Assembly (NCBI GenBank): GCA_963770895.1
Contig: CAVYRF010000002.1
Span: 1,440,001 to 1,504,000 of the forward strand
Direction of reading: 5' to 3'
Length of the DNA: 64,000 bases
Source: an uncultured Acidobacteriota bacterium
Lineage (GTDB): Bacteria > Acidobacteriota > Thermoanaerobaculia > Multivoradales > UBA5704
Notes under the pieces: generated by a model
The model's database searches: none
What the model saw: the letters and a program-made list of their open reading frames with translations, nothing else
What the model was told of the DNA's origin: nothing
Part shown: positions 1 to 9,339 of the stretch, one piece after another
Position numbering within the stretch: position 1 is the stretch's first letter
Layout: each line of letters starts with the position of its first letter
Translations under genes and position numbers: made by a program

Positions 1-635
1 TTTTCGGTGAGCTGCCGGTCGTTGCCGGTGACGGCGCCGCCGTCGCCGTAGCAGCCCAGGTTCTTGGTGGGATAGAAGCTCCATGCCGCCAGGCTGCCGA
101 AGCCGCCGACGCGCCGGCCGCCGTACAGGGCGCCGTGGGCCTGGGCGGCGTCTTCCACCAGCCACAGGCCGTGGCGGTCGCAGACGTGCTGCACGGCGTC
201 GACGTCGAAGGGCCGCCCGTACAGGTGGACGCCCAGGATGCCGACGGTGCGGTCGGTGATGCGCGCCGCCGCGTCGGCCGCATCGAGGTTGAAGGTCGCC
301 GGGTCGATGTCCGCGAAGACCGGCTCGCCGCCGGCGATCAGCACGGCTTCCGCGGTGGCGAAGAAGCTGAAGGCCGGCACGATCACCTGGTCGCCGGGCG
401 CCAGGTCCAGCGCGCGCAGCGCCAGGATGAGGGCGTCGGTGCCGTTGCCGACGCCGATGCAGCCTTCGACGCCCAGGAAGGCGCCGAAGCGGCGCTCGAA
501 TTCGCGCACCTCGGGCCCCAGGACGTAGGCGTTGTCATCAAGGATGTGCTGCCAGCGCTCGGCGAGCTGCACGGCGATGCGGCGCCGGGCGCGGCTGAGA
601 TCGAGATAGGGGACCTGCAACGTCGTCGTGTTCAT
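1..635 (-). CDS. DegT/DnrJ/EryC1/StrS family PLP-dependent sugar aminotransferase (3' end outside window)
   Basis: Hand translation: MNTTTLQVPYLDL...GVGNGTDALILAL...PAFSFFATAEAV...VHLYG...EDAAQAHGA...SFYPTKNLGCYGDGG. ATG at 635 overlaps the upstream TGA (ATGA). Confidence 0.92.
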   Translation of the reverse strand, partial: MNTTTLQVPYLDLSRARRRIAVQLAERWQHILDDNAYVLGPEVREFERRFGAFLGVEGCIGVGNGTDALILALRALDLAPGDQVIVPAFSFFATAEAVLIAGGEPVFADIDPATFNLDAADAAARITDRTVGILGVHLYGRPFDVDAVQHVCDRHGLWLVEDAAQAHGALYGGRRVGGFGSLAAWSFYPTKNLGCYGDGGAVTGNDRQLTE

Positions 636-2407
636 CGAACCTCCGGGTCGCCGGGCAAGCGGCGGAGAGGGTAGCGCGTCCAGGGAGTGCTGAAGATGGT
701 CAGGTCGTCGCTGCCCATGGTGATGTTGCCGTCGATATGCAGGCTGGCCAGCGGGCGCAGCCCCAGCTGGGCCTGCAGGTGCGGCATCCAGGCAGGGAAG
801 ATGGCGATGTAGTCGGGGCGGCGGCTGGCGACGGCAGCGGCCATCGCGTGGTCCCACGGCACGCCGGCCGCCACCTGCGCCGCCACCTCACGCCGCAGCT
901 CGGGATTGGCGATGCCGGCCAGGTCGACGACGCGGTTGGGGAGCAGATATTTGAAGGCGCCGATGTCGTTGACCGCCAGCAGCGCCGCCGCCGGCAGGCG
1001 CGGTGCGAGCCAGCGCGCGGCGCGCACGTCGCTCGCTTCGACGTTGATCAGGTTGCGGGCGTAAAACAGCGCGCGGTCGCGCAGGTCGACCACCGTGGGC
1101 CACAGCAGCAGCACCGCCACCAGCAGGCCGCCAAGCCGCCGCAGCCCCCCTCCGGCTCCGCCGGCTCCCGCGGCTCCCTCGGTGCTCCCCCGGCCGCCGG
1201 CATCCGCACCCAGCAGGGCCGCGGCGGCGCCGGCCAGCGCCACCGCTCCCAGCAATACCACCACCGGCAGCAGCGGGAAGTAGTAGCGGCCGAAGTTGCC
1301 GGCCAGCATCTTGGGGCCTTCGGGGCTGAGCGTCGAGTAGGCCAGCGGCAGCCCCACCAGCCACAGCGCCGGCAGCAGCCCGCGGTCGCGCCGCGACCCC
1401 AGGCGCGCCACCATCGCCACCGCGCCGCCGCAACAGAGCAGCGTCATGTAGGGCTGCGAGCGCGCCAGGATCTCCACCACGCTGTAGATGTATTGCAGGT
1501 TGGGCAGCCAGCGCCGCAGCGCGCCGCCCTTGGCGGCGTAGGTGGTGGGCAGGAACGACCCTCCGGCCAGCCGGTAGAACAGCAGCGGCCCGGCAAGGGC
1601 GCAGACCGCCAGCAGCGCCGCCATCGCCAGCCGCCCCAGCCGCGGCCGATGCCAGCGCAAGCGGCCGTCCGCGCCGCCGTCGCGGCTGAACCACAGACAC
1701 CGGTCGACGAAGGCCAGGGCCAGCAACAGGAAGCCTTCCGGGCGCGCCAGCGCCGCCACCGCCAGCACGGCGGGCGCCAGCGGCGGCGCGGCCAAGGCGC
1801 GCGGCGACATGTCCGCCGCCGCCCCTGGCGCCGCCAACTCCCCCGGCCCCCGCGGGGCCACCTCGGCCGCGCGCTCGCGCAGGTGGAGGATCATCCCCCA
1901 CAGCGACAGCCAGATGAACAGCGGCACCTCCATGCCGGACAGCGCCGACCAGGCGAGCCAGCCGGTGGCAAGCGTCAGACCGCCGGCCAGCGCCGCCAGG
2001 CCGCGCGACAGGCCGAGCTCTCGCGCCAGCCGCCAGGCGGCGTCGATGCCGGCCAGGTAGAGCGCCACTCCCAGCAGCTGCGCCCAGGCCAGCGGGCTGC
2101 CGGGCAGATAGGCCAGCAGGGCCAGCAGAGCGGTCCACAGCGGCGCGGTCGAACCGGTCACCAGGTCGCCGGGGTTGTAGGACAGACCGCGGCCGGCGGC
2201 CAGGTTGCGCGCGAACTGGAGGTGGATCCAGCTGTCGTCCAGCGGCCACCCCAAGCCGCCCGCGAGCGCACGCTGCTCGAACGCCCAATACGCCGCGCAG
2301 ACCACGGCACCGCAGGCGAGGAGCGCCAGGCGGGCGAGGTCGGAGCGCGGGGACCGCGCGGAGCGCGCAGCCTCCGCGGTGCGCGGCACGGTGGGGGTGT
2401 CCGTCAT
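632..2407 (-). CDS. Polytopic membrane glycosyltransferase-like protein (GT-C fold, ArnT/AftB-like)
   Basis: C-terminal part of ORF 632..3895. LDDSWIHLQFARNL..G.GLSYNPG..VTGSTAPLW, SGME.PL, ARPEG, DIGAFKY, DLAGI motifs; many TM segments. Start MTDTP chosen at 2407. Confidence 0.75.
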   Translation of the reverse strand: MTDTPTVPRTAEAARSARSPRSDLARLALLACGAVVCAAYWAFEQRALAGGLGWPLDDSWIHLQFARNLAAGRGLSYNPGDLVTGSTAPLWTALLALLAYLPGSPLAWAQLLGVALYLAGIDAAWRLARELGLSRGLAALAGGLTLATGWLAWSALSGMEVPLFIWLSLWGMILHLRERAAEVAPRGPGELAAPGAAADMSPRALAAPPLAPAVLAVAALARPEGFLLLALAFVDRCLWFSRDGGADGRLRWHRPRLGRLAMAALLAVCALAGPLLFYRLAGGSFLPTTYAAKGGALRRWLPNLQYIYSVVEILARSQPYMTLLCCGGAVAMVARLGSRRDRGLLPALWLVGLPLAYSTLSPEGPKMLAGNFGRYYFPLLPVVVLLGAVALAGAAAALLGADAGGRGSTEGAAGAGGAGGGLRRLGGLLVAVLLLWPTVVDLRDRALFYARNLINVEASDVRAARWLAPRLPAAALLAVNDIGAFKYLLPNRVVDLAGIANPELRREVAAQVAAGVPWDHAMAAAVASRRPDYIAIFPAWMPHLQAQLGLRPLASLHIDGNITMGSDDLTIFSTPWTRYPLRRLPGDPEVR

Positions 2408-2461
2408 CAGGGGGAGAAGCATACCGAAGTCGCCGCGCCGCGGAGTAAGATGCCACCCCAT

Positions 2462-3883
2462 ATGTCCCGCGGAGCGATCCATCGCCGCCTGCAAACCGCC
2501 TCGCGGGTGGCGATCTACCTGAGCATGGCGCTGGTGCTCCTGGCCGCCTGGGGCCTGGTGGCCACCCTCGACCGCCCGCTGGCGACCGAGGAAGGCGAAC
2601 AGTGGTTCTTTGTCGATTACCTGCACAACCCCGACGTCCTGATGCTGCAGCGCTACGTGCAGATCGACACCAGCTTGAAGACCGGCAACGAGGCGGCGGG
2701 CGCGCGCTTTCTGGCCGACCAGCTGGCCGCCGCCGGCATTCCATCGCAGATCGAAGTGATCGACGGCACCCACGCCAACCTGTACGCCCGCCTGGAAGGC
2801 AGCGACCCGCACCCGCTGGTGCTGCACAACCACATCGACGTGGCGGACGTCGACGTCAGCCAGTGGATCTGGCCGCCCTTCTCCGGCCACATCGAGCTGC
2901 CGCGCATCTGGGGCCGCGGCGTGTTCGACATGAAGAGCGTCGCCATCGCGCAGCTGCTGGCGATGATCGATCTCAAGAAAAGCGGCCGGCCGCTGCGCCG
3001 GTCGGTGCTGTTTCTGGGCACCGGCGGCGAAGAGGAAGACGACAGCCACATCGGCGCCCGCTGGGTGATCCGCGAGCATCCCGACCTGGTGCGCAGCTTC
3101 TGGGCGCTGCTCACCGAAGGCGGCACGGTGGAAGCCCGCTCGCGCTCGGACGTCAAGTACTGGGGCACCGAGATCGGGCAAAAGCATTTTGCCAAGGCGC
3201 GGGTGTGCAGCGCCAGCCGCGAGCGCCTGGAGGTGCTGCGCCAGGCGCTGCGGGAGCGCGGCTACACCGAAACCGACCTGCACCTGCTGCCGCAGGTGTC
3301 GGACGTCCTGCGTCGCTACGGCCCCAGCCGCGACGACCTGAACATGCGCAACGCCCTGGCGCACCCCGAGCAGCTGGTGACCGACCTGGGCCAGTTCCAC
3401 GCCGTCCCGAGCTACGTCCAGGCGATGCTGCGCAACGAAGTCGTGCCGTTCGACGTCGAGCCCGCTCCCGGCGGCGGCTACCAGCTGCTCATCCTGCTGC
3501 ACATGTTGCCCGGCACGCGGCTCGCCGACGTGCGCGAAACGCTGCTCCCCTCCTGGATGCTGCAAGGGCTCGACGTGACGGTCGAAGAAGACCCCGGCAG
3601 CCCGCTGCCCAGCCCGGTCGATCATCCGGCGTTCCAGGAGATCCAGGCCACCTTGCGCACCGCCTATCCGAACTTCACCACCGGCCCGTTCTTCCTGGTT
3701 GCCACCGCCACCGACGCGCGTTTCTTCCGCGCCGCCGGCGTCCCTTCCTACGGCTTCTCGCCCTTCCTGATCATGAGCTCCGACACCCTGCAGGTGGACC
3801 GCCAGAACGAGCGGCTCAGCCTGGAGGGCTTCGTCGGCGGCATCGAGATCTACCGCAAGCTCGTGCGCCGCCTGGTCCTGTGA
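2462..3883 (+). CDS. M20/M25/M40 family metallohydrolase, N-terminal membrane anchor, probably degenerate
   Basis: HNHIDV, WGRGVFDMKS, GGEEE, TEGG and TDARFFR motifs. C-terminal HGxNE His is replaced (VDRQNE). Alternative start at 2450. Confidence 0.8.
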   Translation: MSRGAIHRRLQTASRVAIYLSMALVLLAAWGLVATLDRPLATEEGEQWFFVDYLHNPDVLMLQRYVQIDTSLKTGNEAAGARFLADQLAAAGIPSQIEVIDGTHANLYARLEGSDPHPLVLHNHIDVADVDVSQWIWPPFSGHIELPRIWGRGVFDMKSVAIAQLLAMIDLKKSGRPLRRSVLFLGTGGEEEDDSHIGARWVIREHPDLVRSFWALLTEGGTVEARSRSDVKYWGTEIGQKHFAKARVCSASRERLEVLRQALRERGYTETDLHLLPQVSDVLRRYGPSRDDLNMRNALAHPEQLVTDLGQFHAVPSYVQAMLRNEVVPFDVEPAPGGGYQLLILLHMLPGTRLADVRETLLPSWMLQGLDVTVEEDPGSPLPSPVDHPAFQEIQATLRTAYPNFTTGPFFLVATATDARFFRAAGVPSYGFSPFLIMSSDTLQVDRQNERLSLEGFVGGIEIYRKLVRRLVL

Positions 3884-5286
3884 GCCGCCCGGCACCAGCG
3901 CAGGCCCGGCGGCTCGCCGCCGCCGCCCTGCTCGCGGGCATAGCCGGCATCGCCGCCAGCCCGGCGCGTGCCGCCGGCACCGCGCCGCACCTGTCCGAGG
4001 CGGCCGCCTGGCTGAGCGGCTACGTCCAGATCGACACCACCAATCCGCCCGGCAACGAACGCCGCGCCGCCGACTACCTGGCGGGCATCCTGGCGCGCGA
4101 AGGCATCGCCAGCCGCCAGTGGACCACCCCTTCCGGACGCGTCAACCTGTCGGCGCGGCTGTCGTCGCCCGGCAGCAGCGGCCGCGCCCTGCTCCTGCTG
4201 CACCACATGGACGTGGTGGGCGCCGGCGCCGGCTGGACGGTGCCGCCCTTTGCCGCGCTGCTGCGCGACGGCAGCATGTGGGGGCGCGGCACGCTCGACG
4301 ACAAGGGCCTGGGCGTCTGCGGCCTGGCCGCCCTGATCGACCTCAAGCGGCGCCGCGTGGCGCTCGCTCGCGACGTCCTGTTCGTCGCCGTGGCGGACGA
4401 GGAAAACGGCGGCGGCCAGGGGACCGCCTGGCTGCTCGCCAATCACCCCGAGCTGTTTGCCGGCGTCGAAGGCGTGATCGGCGAGGGCGGCCGCAACCAG
4501 GTCACCGACCGCCTGCTGTGGTGGGGCATCGAAGTGGCGCAGAAACGGCCGCTGTGGCTGAAAGTGAACGCCCACGGCCGCGGCGGCCACGGCTCGGCGC
4601 TCAACGTCGAAAGCGCCAATCACCAGCTGATCGAAGGTCTGGCGCGGCTGCTGGCGCTGCCGCTGCACTGGCGGGTGACGCCGCCGGTGCGCGACTACCT
4701 GGCCGCCCTGGCGCCGCTGCACAACGCGCATTGGCGCCAGATCTTCGCTCACATCGACCAGGTGATCGCCGACCAGGGACCGCGCCAACCGATCATTCCC
4801 GGCATGGCCAGCCTCTTTCTGGACACCGTCCAGGTGACGGTGCTGGCGGGCGGCGAGCGCATCAACTCGATCCCCGCCGACGCCCTGGCCCAGATCGACA
4901 TCCGCCTGCTGCCCGACACCGACGGCGCCGCGTTCCTGGCGGCCGTGCGCCAGGCGCTGGGGCCGCAGCTGGGCGTCGAGGTGATGGTGACCGCGCCGCC
5001 GGCGCCCGCTTCGCCAGCCTCCGGCCCGCTCTACGAAACGTTGCGGCAGATCCTGGGCAGCCAGGCGCCGGTGGTGCCGATGCTGGACGCCGGCACGACC
5101 GATTCGCGGTTTTTTCGCCAGCGCCAGATTCCTGCCTACGGCGTGGCGCCGTTCGTGCTCGGCGCCCAGGATTCGGGCGGCATCCACGGCGCCGACGAGC
5201 ACCTGCCCCTGGCCGAGCTGGATCACGGCGTCGAGCGGATGCGCCGCATCGTTTTCGCCTATGCCGCGGCCGGCGGCCGCCATTGA
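3880..5286 (+). CDS. M20/M25/M40 family metallopeptidase with signal peptide
   Basis: GTG overlapping upstream TGA. IDTTNPPGNE, HHMDVV, WGRGTLDDKG, ADEE, GEGG, GGHGS, TTDSRFFR, IHGADE. Confidence 0.88.
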   Translation: MSRPAPAQARRLAAAALLAGIAGIAASPARAAGTAPHLSEAAAWLSGYVQIDTTNPPGNERRAADYLAGILAREGIASRQWTTPSGRVNLSARLSSPGSSGRALLLLHHMDVVGAGAGWTVPPFAALLRDGSMWGRGTLDDKGLGVCGLAALIDLKRRRVALARDVLFVAVADEENGGGQGTAWLLANHPELFAGVEGVIGEGGRNQVTDRLLWWGIEVAQKRPLWLKVNAHGRGGHGSALNVESANHQLIEGLARLLALPLHWRVTPPVRDYLAALAPLHNAHWRQIFAHIDQVIADQGPRQPIIPGMASLFLDTVQVTVLAGGERINSIPADALAQIDIRLLPDTDGAAFLAAVRQALGPQLGVEVMVTAPPAPASPASGPLYETLRQILGSQAPVVPMLDAGTTDSRFFRQRQIPAYGVAPFVLGAQDSGGIHGADEHLPLAELDHGVERMRRIVFAYAAAGGRH

Positions 5287-5351
5287 GCGCGGCCGGCCGG
5301 CGCCAGCGTTGCACCATCCACTGACAAAGGTTGGCAAAAATGGTGGACTTT

Positions 5352-5366
5352 TTTTGACAGTCAAAA
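5352..5366. promoter_or_regulatory. Perfect palindrome TTTTGAC-A-GTCAAAA, candidate activator site upstream of the pilin sigma54 promoter
   Basis: AT-rich inverted repeat about 55-70 bp upstream of the -24 box; related TGACA-N5-TGGCA at 5322-5336. Confidence 0.45.
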
Positions 5367-5420
5367 CGCGGCGCGCGGCGCGGAACCGTATACAGCAAGC
5401 AGTTGCGCCGCAGGCGGCTT

Positions 5421-5435
5421 TGGCACATGTCTTGC
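5421..5435 (+). promoter_or_regulatory. Sigma54 (-24/-12) promoter of pilin gene
   Basis: TGGCAC-ATGTC-TTGC, exact match to TGGCAC-N5-TTGC, about 40 nt before the pilin start. Confidence 0.85.
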
Positions 5436-5476
5436 CCCTGTCCAGGGAGCCGTGCCCTTTGGGGGGGGTTAATGTT

Positions 5477-6004
5477 ATGCATTGCCATTTGCGCATGAAG
5501 GAAAAGGGTTTCACTCTGATCGAGCTGTTGGTGGTGATCGCGATCATCGGCATCATTGCCGCGCTGCTCATCCCCAATCTGATCGATTCGCTACAGAAGG
5601 CGAAGCAGAAGCGCACCATGGGCGACATGAAGATCCTGGGCACGGCGATGTTCGCCTGGCTGACCGACCAGGCGGCCGCGGCATCCGCCGGCCAGACCGC
5701 CACCGCCGTCGATCTGACCGCATACGGCACGCAGATCTCGGCGGACAGTTTGGCAACGGTTCTGGTCAGCCAGTACGTACAGTCGGTGCCGGTGCTCGAC
5801 GGTTGGAAAAATCCTTACCAATACTATTTGAACGTAACCAACCCGCACGCCCAGCAGGTGATGGCGATCCGCAGCCTCGGCCGCGACGATGCCGCCGACA
5901 CCACCTCGTACACCGTCACCTCGTTCGACCCGACCGATTACGATCGCGACCTGGTCTGGGCCGACGGCTTCATGGTGCGCTGGCCGGCCAAGGGCGGAGG
6001 GTAG
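5477..6004 (+). CDS. Major (pseudo)pilin with class III signal peptide and GspG-like C-terminal region
   Basis: EKG|FTLIELLVVIAIIGIIAALLIPNL; C-terminal DGWKNPYQY...IRSLGRD...D resembles T2SS GspG. Start 5477 (G8 tract as SD) or 5495. Confidence 0.85.
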   Translation: MHCHLRMKEKGFTLIELLVVIAIIGIIAALLIPNLIDSLQKAKQKRTMGDMKILGTAMFAWLTDQAAAASAGQTATAVDLTAYGTQISADSLATVLVSQYVQSVPVLDGWKNPYQYYLNVTNPHAQQVMAIRSLGRDDAADTTSYTVTSFDPTDYDRDLVWADGFMVRWPAKGGG

Positions 6005-6030
6005 CTGGTGACCCGCGCGGGTTACTAGCT
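6003..6030 (+). terminator. Stem-loop directly after the pilin stop codon (no U-tail; stabiliser or attenuator)
   Basis: AGCTGGTGACCC-GCGC-GGGTTACTAGCT pairs over 12 bp with two G-U pairs. Confidence 0.5.
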
Positions 6031-6071
6031 CCCTCTACCCGCCAGGCTGCCAAGCTCGGCGCTCCCAGGGA

Positions 6072-8540
6072 ATGCAACAACCGCCGCCGCGCAGCCGGCG
6101 ATTCGCCGGACTGCGCCGTGGCTGGCCGGTGCTGCTGGGCGGCGCCTGGCTCGCCTTGCTGGTGGCGCCGGTGCTGGCGCCCGGCCGCGTGCTGGCCAAC
6201 CGCGACATCCTGCTGTTCCACCTGCCGCTCTCCGCCTGCTTTCGCACCCTCGCGGCCGCCGGCCACCTGCCGCAGTGGAACCCCTGGCTGAACGGCGGCC
6301 AGCCGATCCTTTCCAATCCGAATTACGCGGCCTTCTATCCACCGACCTGGCTGCTGCTGCCGCTGCCGCCCATCGACGCGCTCAACCTTTCGCTCGCCCT
6401 CCACCTGGCCATCGCCTTTGCCGGCGCCTGGCGTCTGGCGCGCCGCCTGGGCGCCGGCCGCGGCGCCGCCGCCTTTGCCGCCGTCGCCTATTCGGGCAGC
6501 GGCGCGCTGCTGTCGCTGGCCAGCGCCTTCAGCCTGTTGCGCGGCATGAGCTGGGTGCCCTGGGTGCTCAGCTTCGGCGCCGCCACGCTCGACGCCCCCG
6601 CCGATCCCGCGGCGCCCGCCGGCACCGCCGCCGGCCGGCGCGGCTGGCTGCGCCCGGCCGCCCTGTGCGGCCTGGCGCTCGCCATGGTGCTGCTCAACGG
6701 CGAGCCCTCGATGATGACCATCTGCTGCATCGCGCTGGCGGCGCTCGCCGCCGCGGAGCTGCGGCGGCGGCCCGCCGCCGCCTGCCGCGCGCTGGTGCCC
6801 CTGCTGCTGGCCCTGGCGCTGGCGACGGTGCAGCTGCTGCCCACCGCCGTGCGCCTTGCCGGCACGTCGCGCGCCCTGGGGTTGCCGGCGGTGGAAGCGG
6901 TGCACTGGTCGTTGCCGCCGGCGCGCCTCGTCGAGCTGGCGCTGCCGCATTTCTTCGGCGACCCGTCGCGCAACATGGAAGGGCTGTTCTTCGGCCGCGG
7001 CATCCACGACGCCGAGTACCCCTACGTCCCCTCGCTGTATCCCGGCCTGCTGGTCAGCCTGCTCGCCCTGCCGGCGCTGGCGCTGTGGCCGATTCCGCGC
7101 CGGCTGTCCTGGATCCTCTGCGTCGCCGGCGGCGCCTTTCTTGCCCTGGGCCGCCACAACCCGCTCTACCTGCCGGCCCGCCGCCTGCTGCCGCCGCTCG
7201 GGGTGCAGCGGTTCCCCGAGAGGTTCATCGTCCTGGCCCTGCTGGCACTGGTCTTCGCCGCAGCCCTGGGCTGGCAGCGCCTGCTCGACGAGCGGCGCGC
7301 GGGCAGACCGCAAGCCGCCGACCTGCCGCTCGCGCTCGCCGCGGTGGTGACGGCGGTCGCCGCGCTGCTGACCGCGCTGCTGTACGGCGCCCCCGCCCTG
7401 CCGCTGGTGTTCCTGCGCGAGCACGGCCAGGCCGGCGCCACGGCGGCGACCCTTGCTCGCGGCCTGCTGTTCCTGCGCCACGAAGGTTGGTGGGCGATCG
7501 CCACCGCCGCCGCCGCGACCGCGCTGTTCGCGCTCTGCCGCTGGCGGCGGCCCCGACCCGCCGCCCTCTGCGCCCTGGCGGTGCTGCTGCTGGCGGCAGA
7601 CCTCTGGCACTCGGGCCGCACCCTGCTGCTCACCGTGCCGGCCTCCCAATACCGCGCCACCGCACCGGCCATCCTGCGCCAGCTGCGCGGCGGCAGCGCC
7701 CGCATCTTCGTCGAGGAGCTGCCCGAAGAGCAGCAGCTGCCGCTGGCGCCGTCCCCCGCCGGCTACGACGCGGCCCTGGCGCGCGAGCTGCTGGAGCGCG
7801 CCGCGCCCTACTCCGCGGCGCTGTGGCAGGTCGGCTACGCGCTCAACAACGACTTCGATCGCATGCTCACCCACTGGGGGTCGGTCGCGCTCGGCGTGCT
7901 CCACGCCGACCTGCGCCAGCAGCCTGAGATGGCGTTTCGCCTGCTCGGCGCCTGGAACGTGGGCGGCATGCTGCTGCGCGCCTCGACCGCCGCCGGCGTG
8001 CCCGAGGACGCGGTGGCGATCGGCCCGGCCAACACCGCCGCCGCGGCCCCCAGGCAGATTCTGCAGAACCCCTTCCGCCTGCCGCTCTATCGCTTCGTGC
8101 CCCAGGTCAGCTTCTATCCCGACCACGGCAGCGCCCTCTACTTCGCCCGCCGCGAAGGGTTTGCCGTCAATCGCCACGAACATTGCGTGCGCGCCGGGGC
8201 GCCGGCGGGGGATATGCACATCTACCCGGCGGCGCCGCTGCTGCTCGACTTTCATGCCCAGGCGGCGCGGCTCGACCTGCGCTACCGCTCGGCGTGCGGC
8301 GGCTTTTTCGTCACCGCCACGACCTTCGACGAGGGCTGGCGGGCGACCGTCGACGGCGCTCCCCTGGCGGTCTACCCGACCGCCGCCGGCCAGCTGGGCG
8401 TCGAGCTGCCGCCGGGCGAGCATCGCCTGGCGCTCTCCTATCGCGACCGCTGGGTACCCGCCGGCGCCGCGGTCAGCCTCATCGCCCTGACCGCCTGCGC
8501 GGTGCTGCTCGCCCGCCCGCGGCGGGCTGCCGCCGGGTAG
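6072..8540 (+). CDS. YfhO-like polytopic membrane protein (putative GT-C glycosyltransferase)
   Basis: N-terminal RDILLFHLP...LPQWNPWLNGGQPILSNPNYAAFYP; C-terminal FDEGWRATVDG...GVELPPGEHRLALSYR; many TMs. Confidence 0.8.
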   Translation: MQQPPPRSRRFAGLRRGWPVLLGGAWLALLVAPVLAPGRVLANRDILLFHLPLSACFRTLAAAGHLPQWNPWLNGGQPILSNPNYAAFYPPTWLLLPLPPIDALNLSLALHLAIAFAGAWRLARRLGAGRGAAAFAAVAYSGSGALLSLASAFSLLRGMSWVPWVLSFGAATLDAPADPAAPAGTAAGRRGWLRPAALCGLALAMVLLNGEPSMMTICCIALAALAAAELRRRPAAACRALVPLLLALALATVQLLPTAVRLAGTSRALGLPAVEAVHWSLPPARLVELALPHFFGDPSRNMEGLFFGRGIHDAEYPYVPSLYPGLLVSLLALPALALWPIPRRLSWILCVAGGAFLALGRHNPLYLPARRLLPPLGVQRFPERFIVLALLALVFAAALGWQRLLDERRAGRPQAADLPLALAAVVTAVAALLTALLYGAPALPLVFLREHGQAGATAATLARGLLFLRHEGWWAIATAAAATALFALCRWRRPRPAALCALAVLLLAADLWHSGRTLLLTVPASQYRATAPAILRQLRGGSARIFVEELPEEQQLPLAPSPAGYDAALARELLERAAPYSAALWQVGYALNNDFDRMLTHWGSVALGVLHADLRQQPEMAFRLLGAWNVGGMLLRASTAAGVPEDAVAIGPANTAAAAPRQILQNPFRLPLYRFVPQVSFYPDHGSALYFARREGFAVNRHEHCVRAGAPAGDMHIYPAAPLLLDFHAQAARLDLRYRSACGGFFVTATTFDEGWRATVDGAPLAVYPTAAGQLGVELPPGEHRLALSYRDRWVPAGAAVSLIALTACAVLLARPRRAAAG

Positions 8541-8553
8541 AATCTCCGCCATC

Positions 8554-9339
8554 GTGCCACCGCTCCCCGCGCCCCGCCTGCTGCTCGACCTGTTCGCCGC
8601 CCTGTTCGGACTCATCGCCGGCAGCTACCTGAACGTCGTCATCTACCGCCTGCCGCGCGGCCTGTCGACGGTCACGCCGCGCTCCGCCTGCCCGGCCTGC
8701 GGCGCGCCGGTGCGCGCCGTCGACAACCTGCCGCTGCTGTCGTTCCTGCTGCTGGGCGGCCGCTGCCGCGATTGCCGGGCGCGGATCTCGTGGCGCTATC
8801 CGCTGGTCGAGGCGACGACCGCGGCACTCTTCGTCGCCTCGCTGGAGCGCTTCGGCCCCACTCCGTCGGCTCTCGCCGCGGCGTTTTTCTGCTGCCTGAT
8901 GATGGCCCTGGCGCTCATCGATCTGGACCACCTGATCCTGCCCGATCGCCTCACCCTTTCGGGGCTGGTGGCGGGGCTGGCGATGGCGGCCTGGCTGCCC
9001 TGGGGAGGCATCCGGCAGGCCGCGATCGGCGCGCTGCTGGGCGCGGCGGTGCTGGCGGCGGTCTGGGCGGGATGGTACCTGGTGCGGCACGAAGAGGGGA
9101 TGGGCCTGGGGGACGTCAAGATGCTCGCCCTGATCGGCGCCTTCGTCGGCTGGCGCGGCGTCCTGGTGACCCTCTTTTTTGCTTCGTTCGCCGGTGCAGC
9201 GACCGGCCTGGCGCTGATCGCGCTGCACGGCGCCGGCATGCGATCCAAGCTCCCCTTCGGCAGCTTTCTGGCGCTCGGCGGCGTGATCGCGATGTTCGCC
9301 GGCCGCCAGATCGCCGCCTGGTACGGACACTTCCTGTGA
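8554..9339 (+). CDS. pilD: Prepilin peptidase/N-methyltransferase (A24)
   Basis: GSYLNVVIYRLP, RSACPAC, GRCRDC, YPLVE, IDLDHLILPD, GMGLGDVK, KLPFGSFL. Confidence 0.95.
   Translation: MPPLPAPRLLLDLFAALFGLIAGSYLNVVIYRLPRGLSTVTPRSACPACGAPVRAVDNLPLLSFLLLGGRCRDCRARISWRYPLVEATTAALFVASLERFGPTPSALAAAFFCCLMMALALIDLDHLILPDRLTLSGLVAGLAMAAWLPWGGIRQAAIGALLGAAVLAAVWAGWYLVRHEEGMGLGDVKMLALIGAFVGWRGVLVTLFFASFAGAATGLALIALHGAGMRSKLPFGSFLALGGVIAMFAGRQIAAWYGHFL

Noticed and set aside
632-3895. Overlapping antisense ORFs of 1087 aa (-) and 1048 aa (+)
   Set aside because: Each is a real gene plus a stop-free shadow of the opposite gene caused by high GC. The real starts are about 2407 (-) and 2462 (+).
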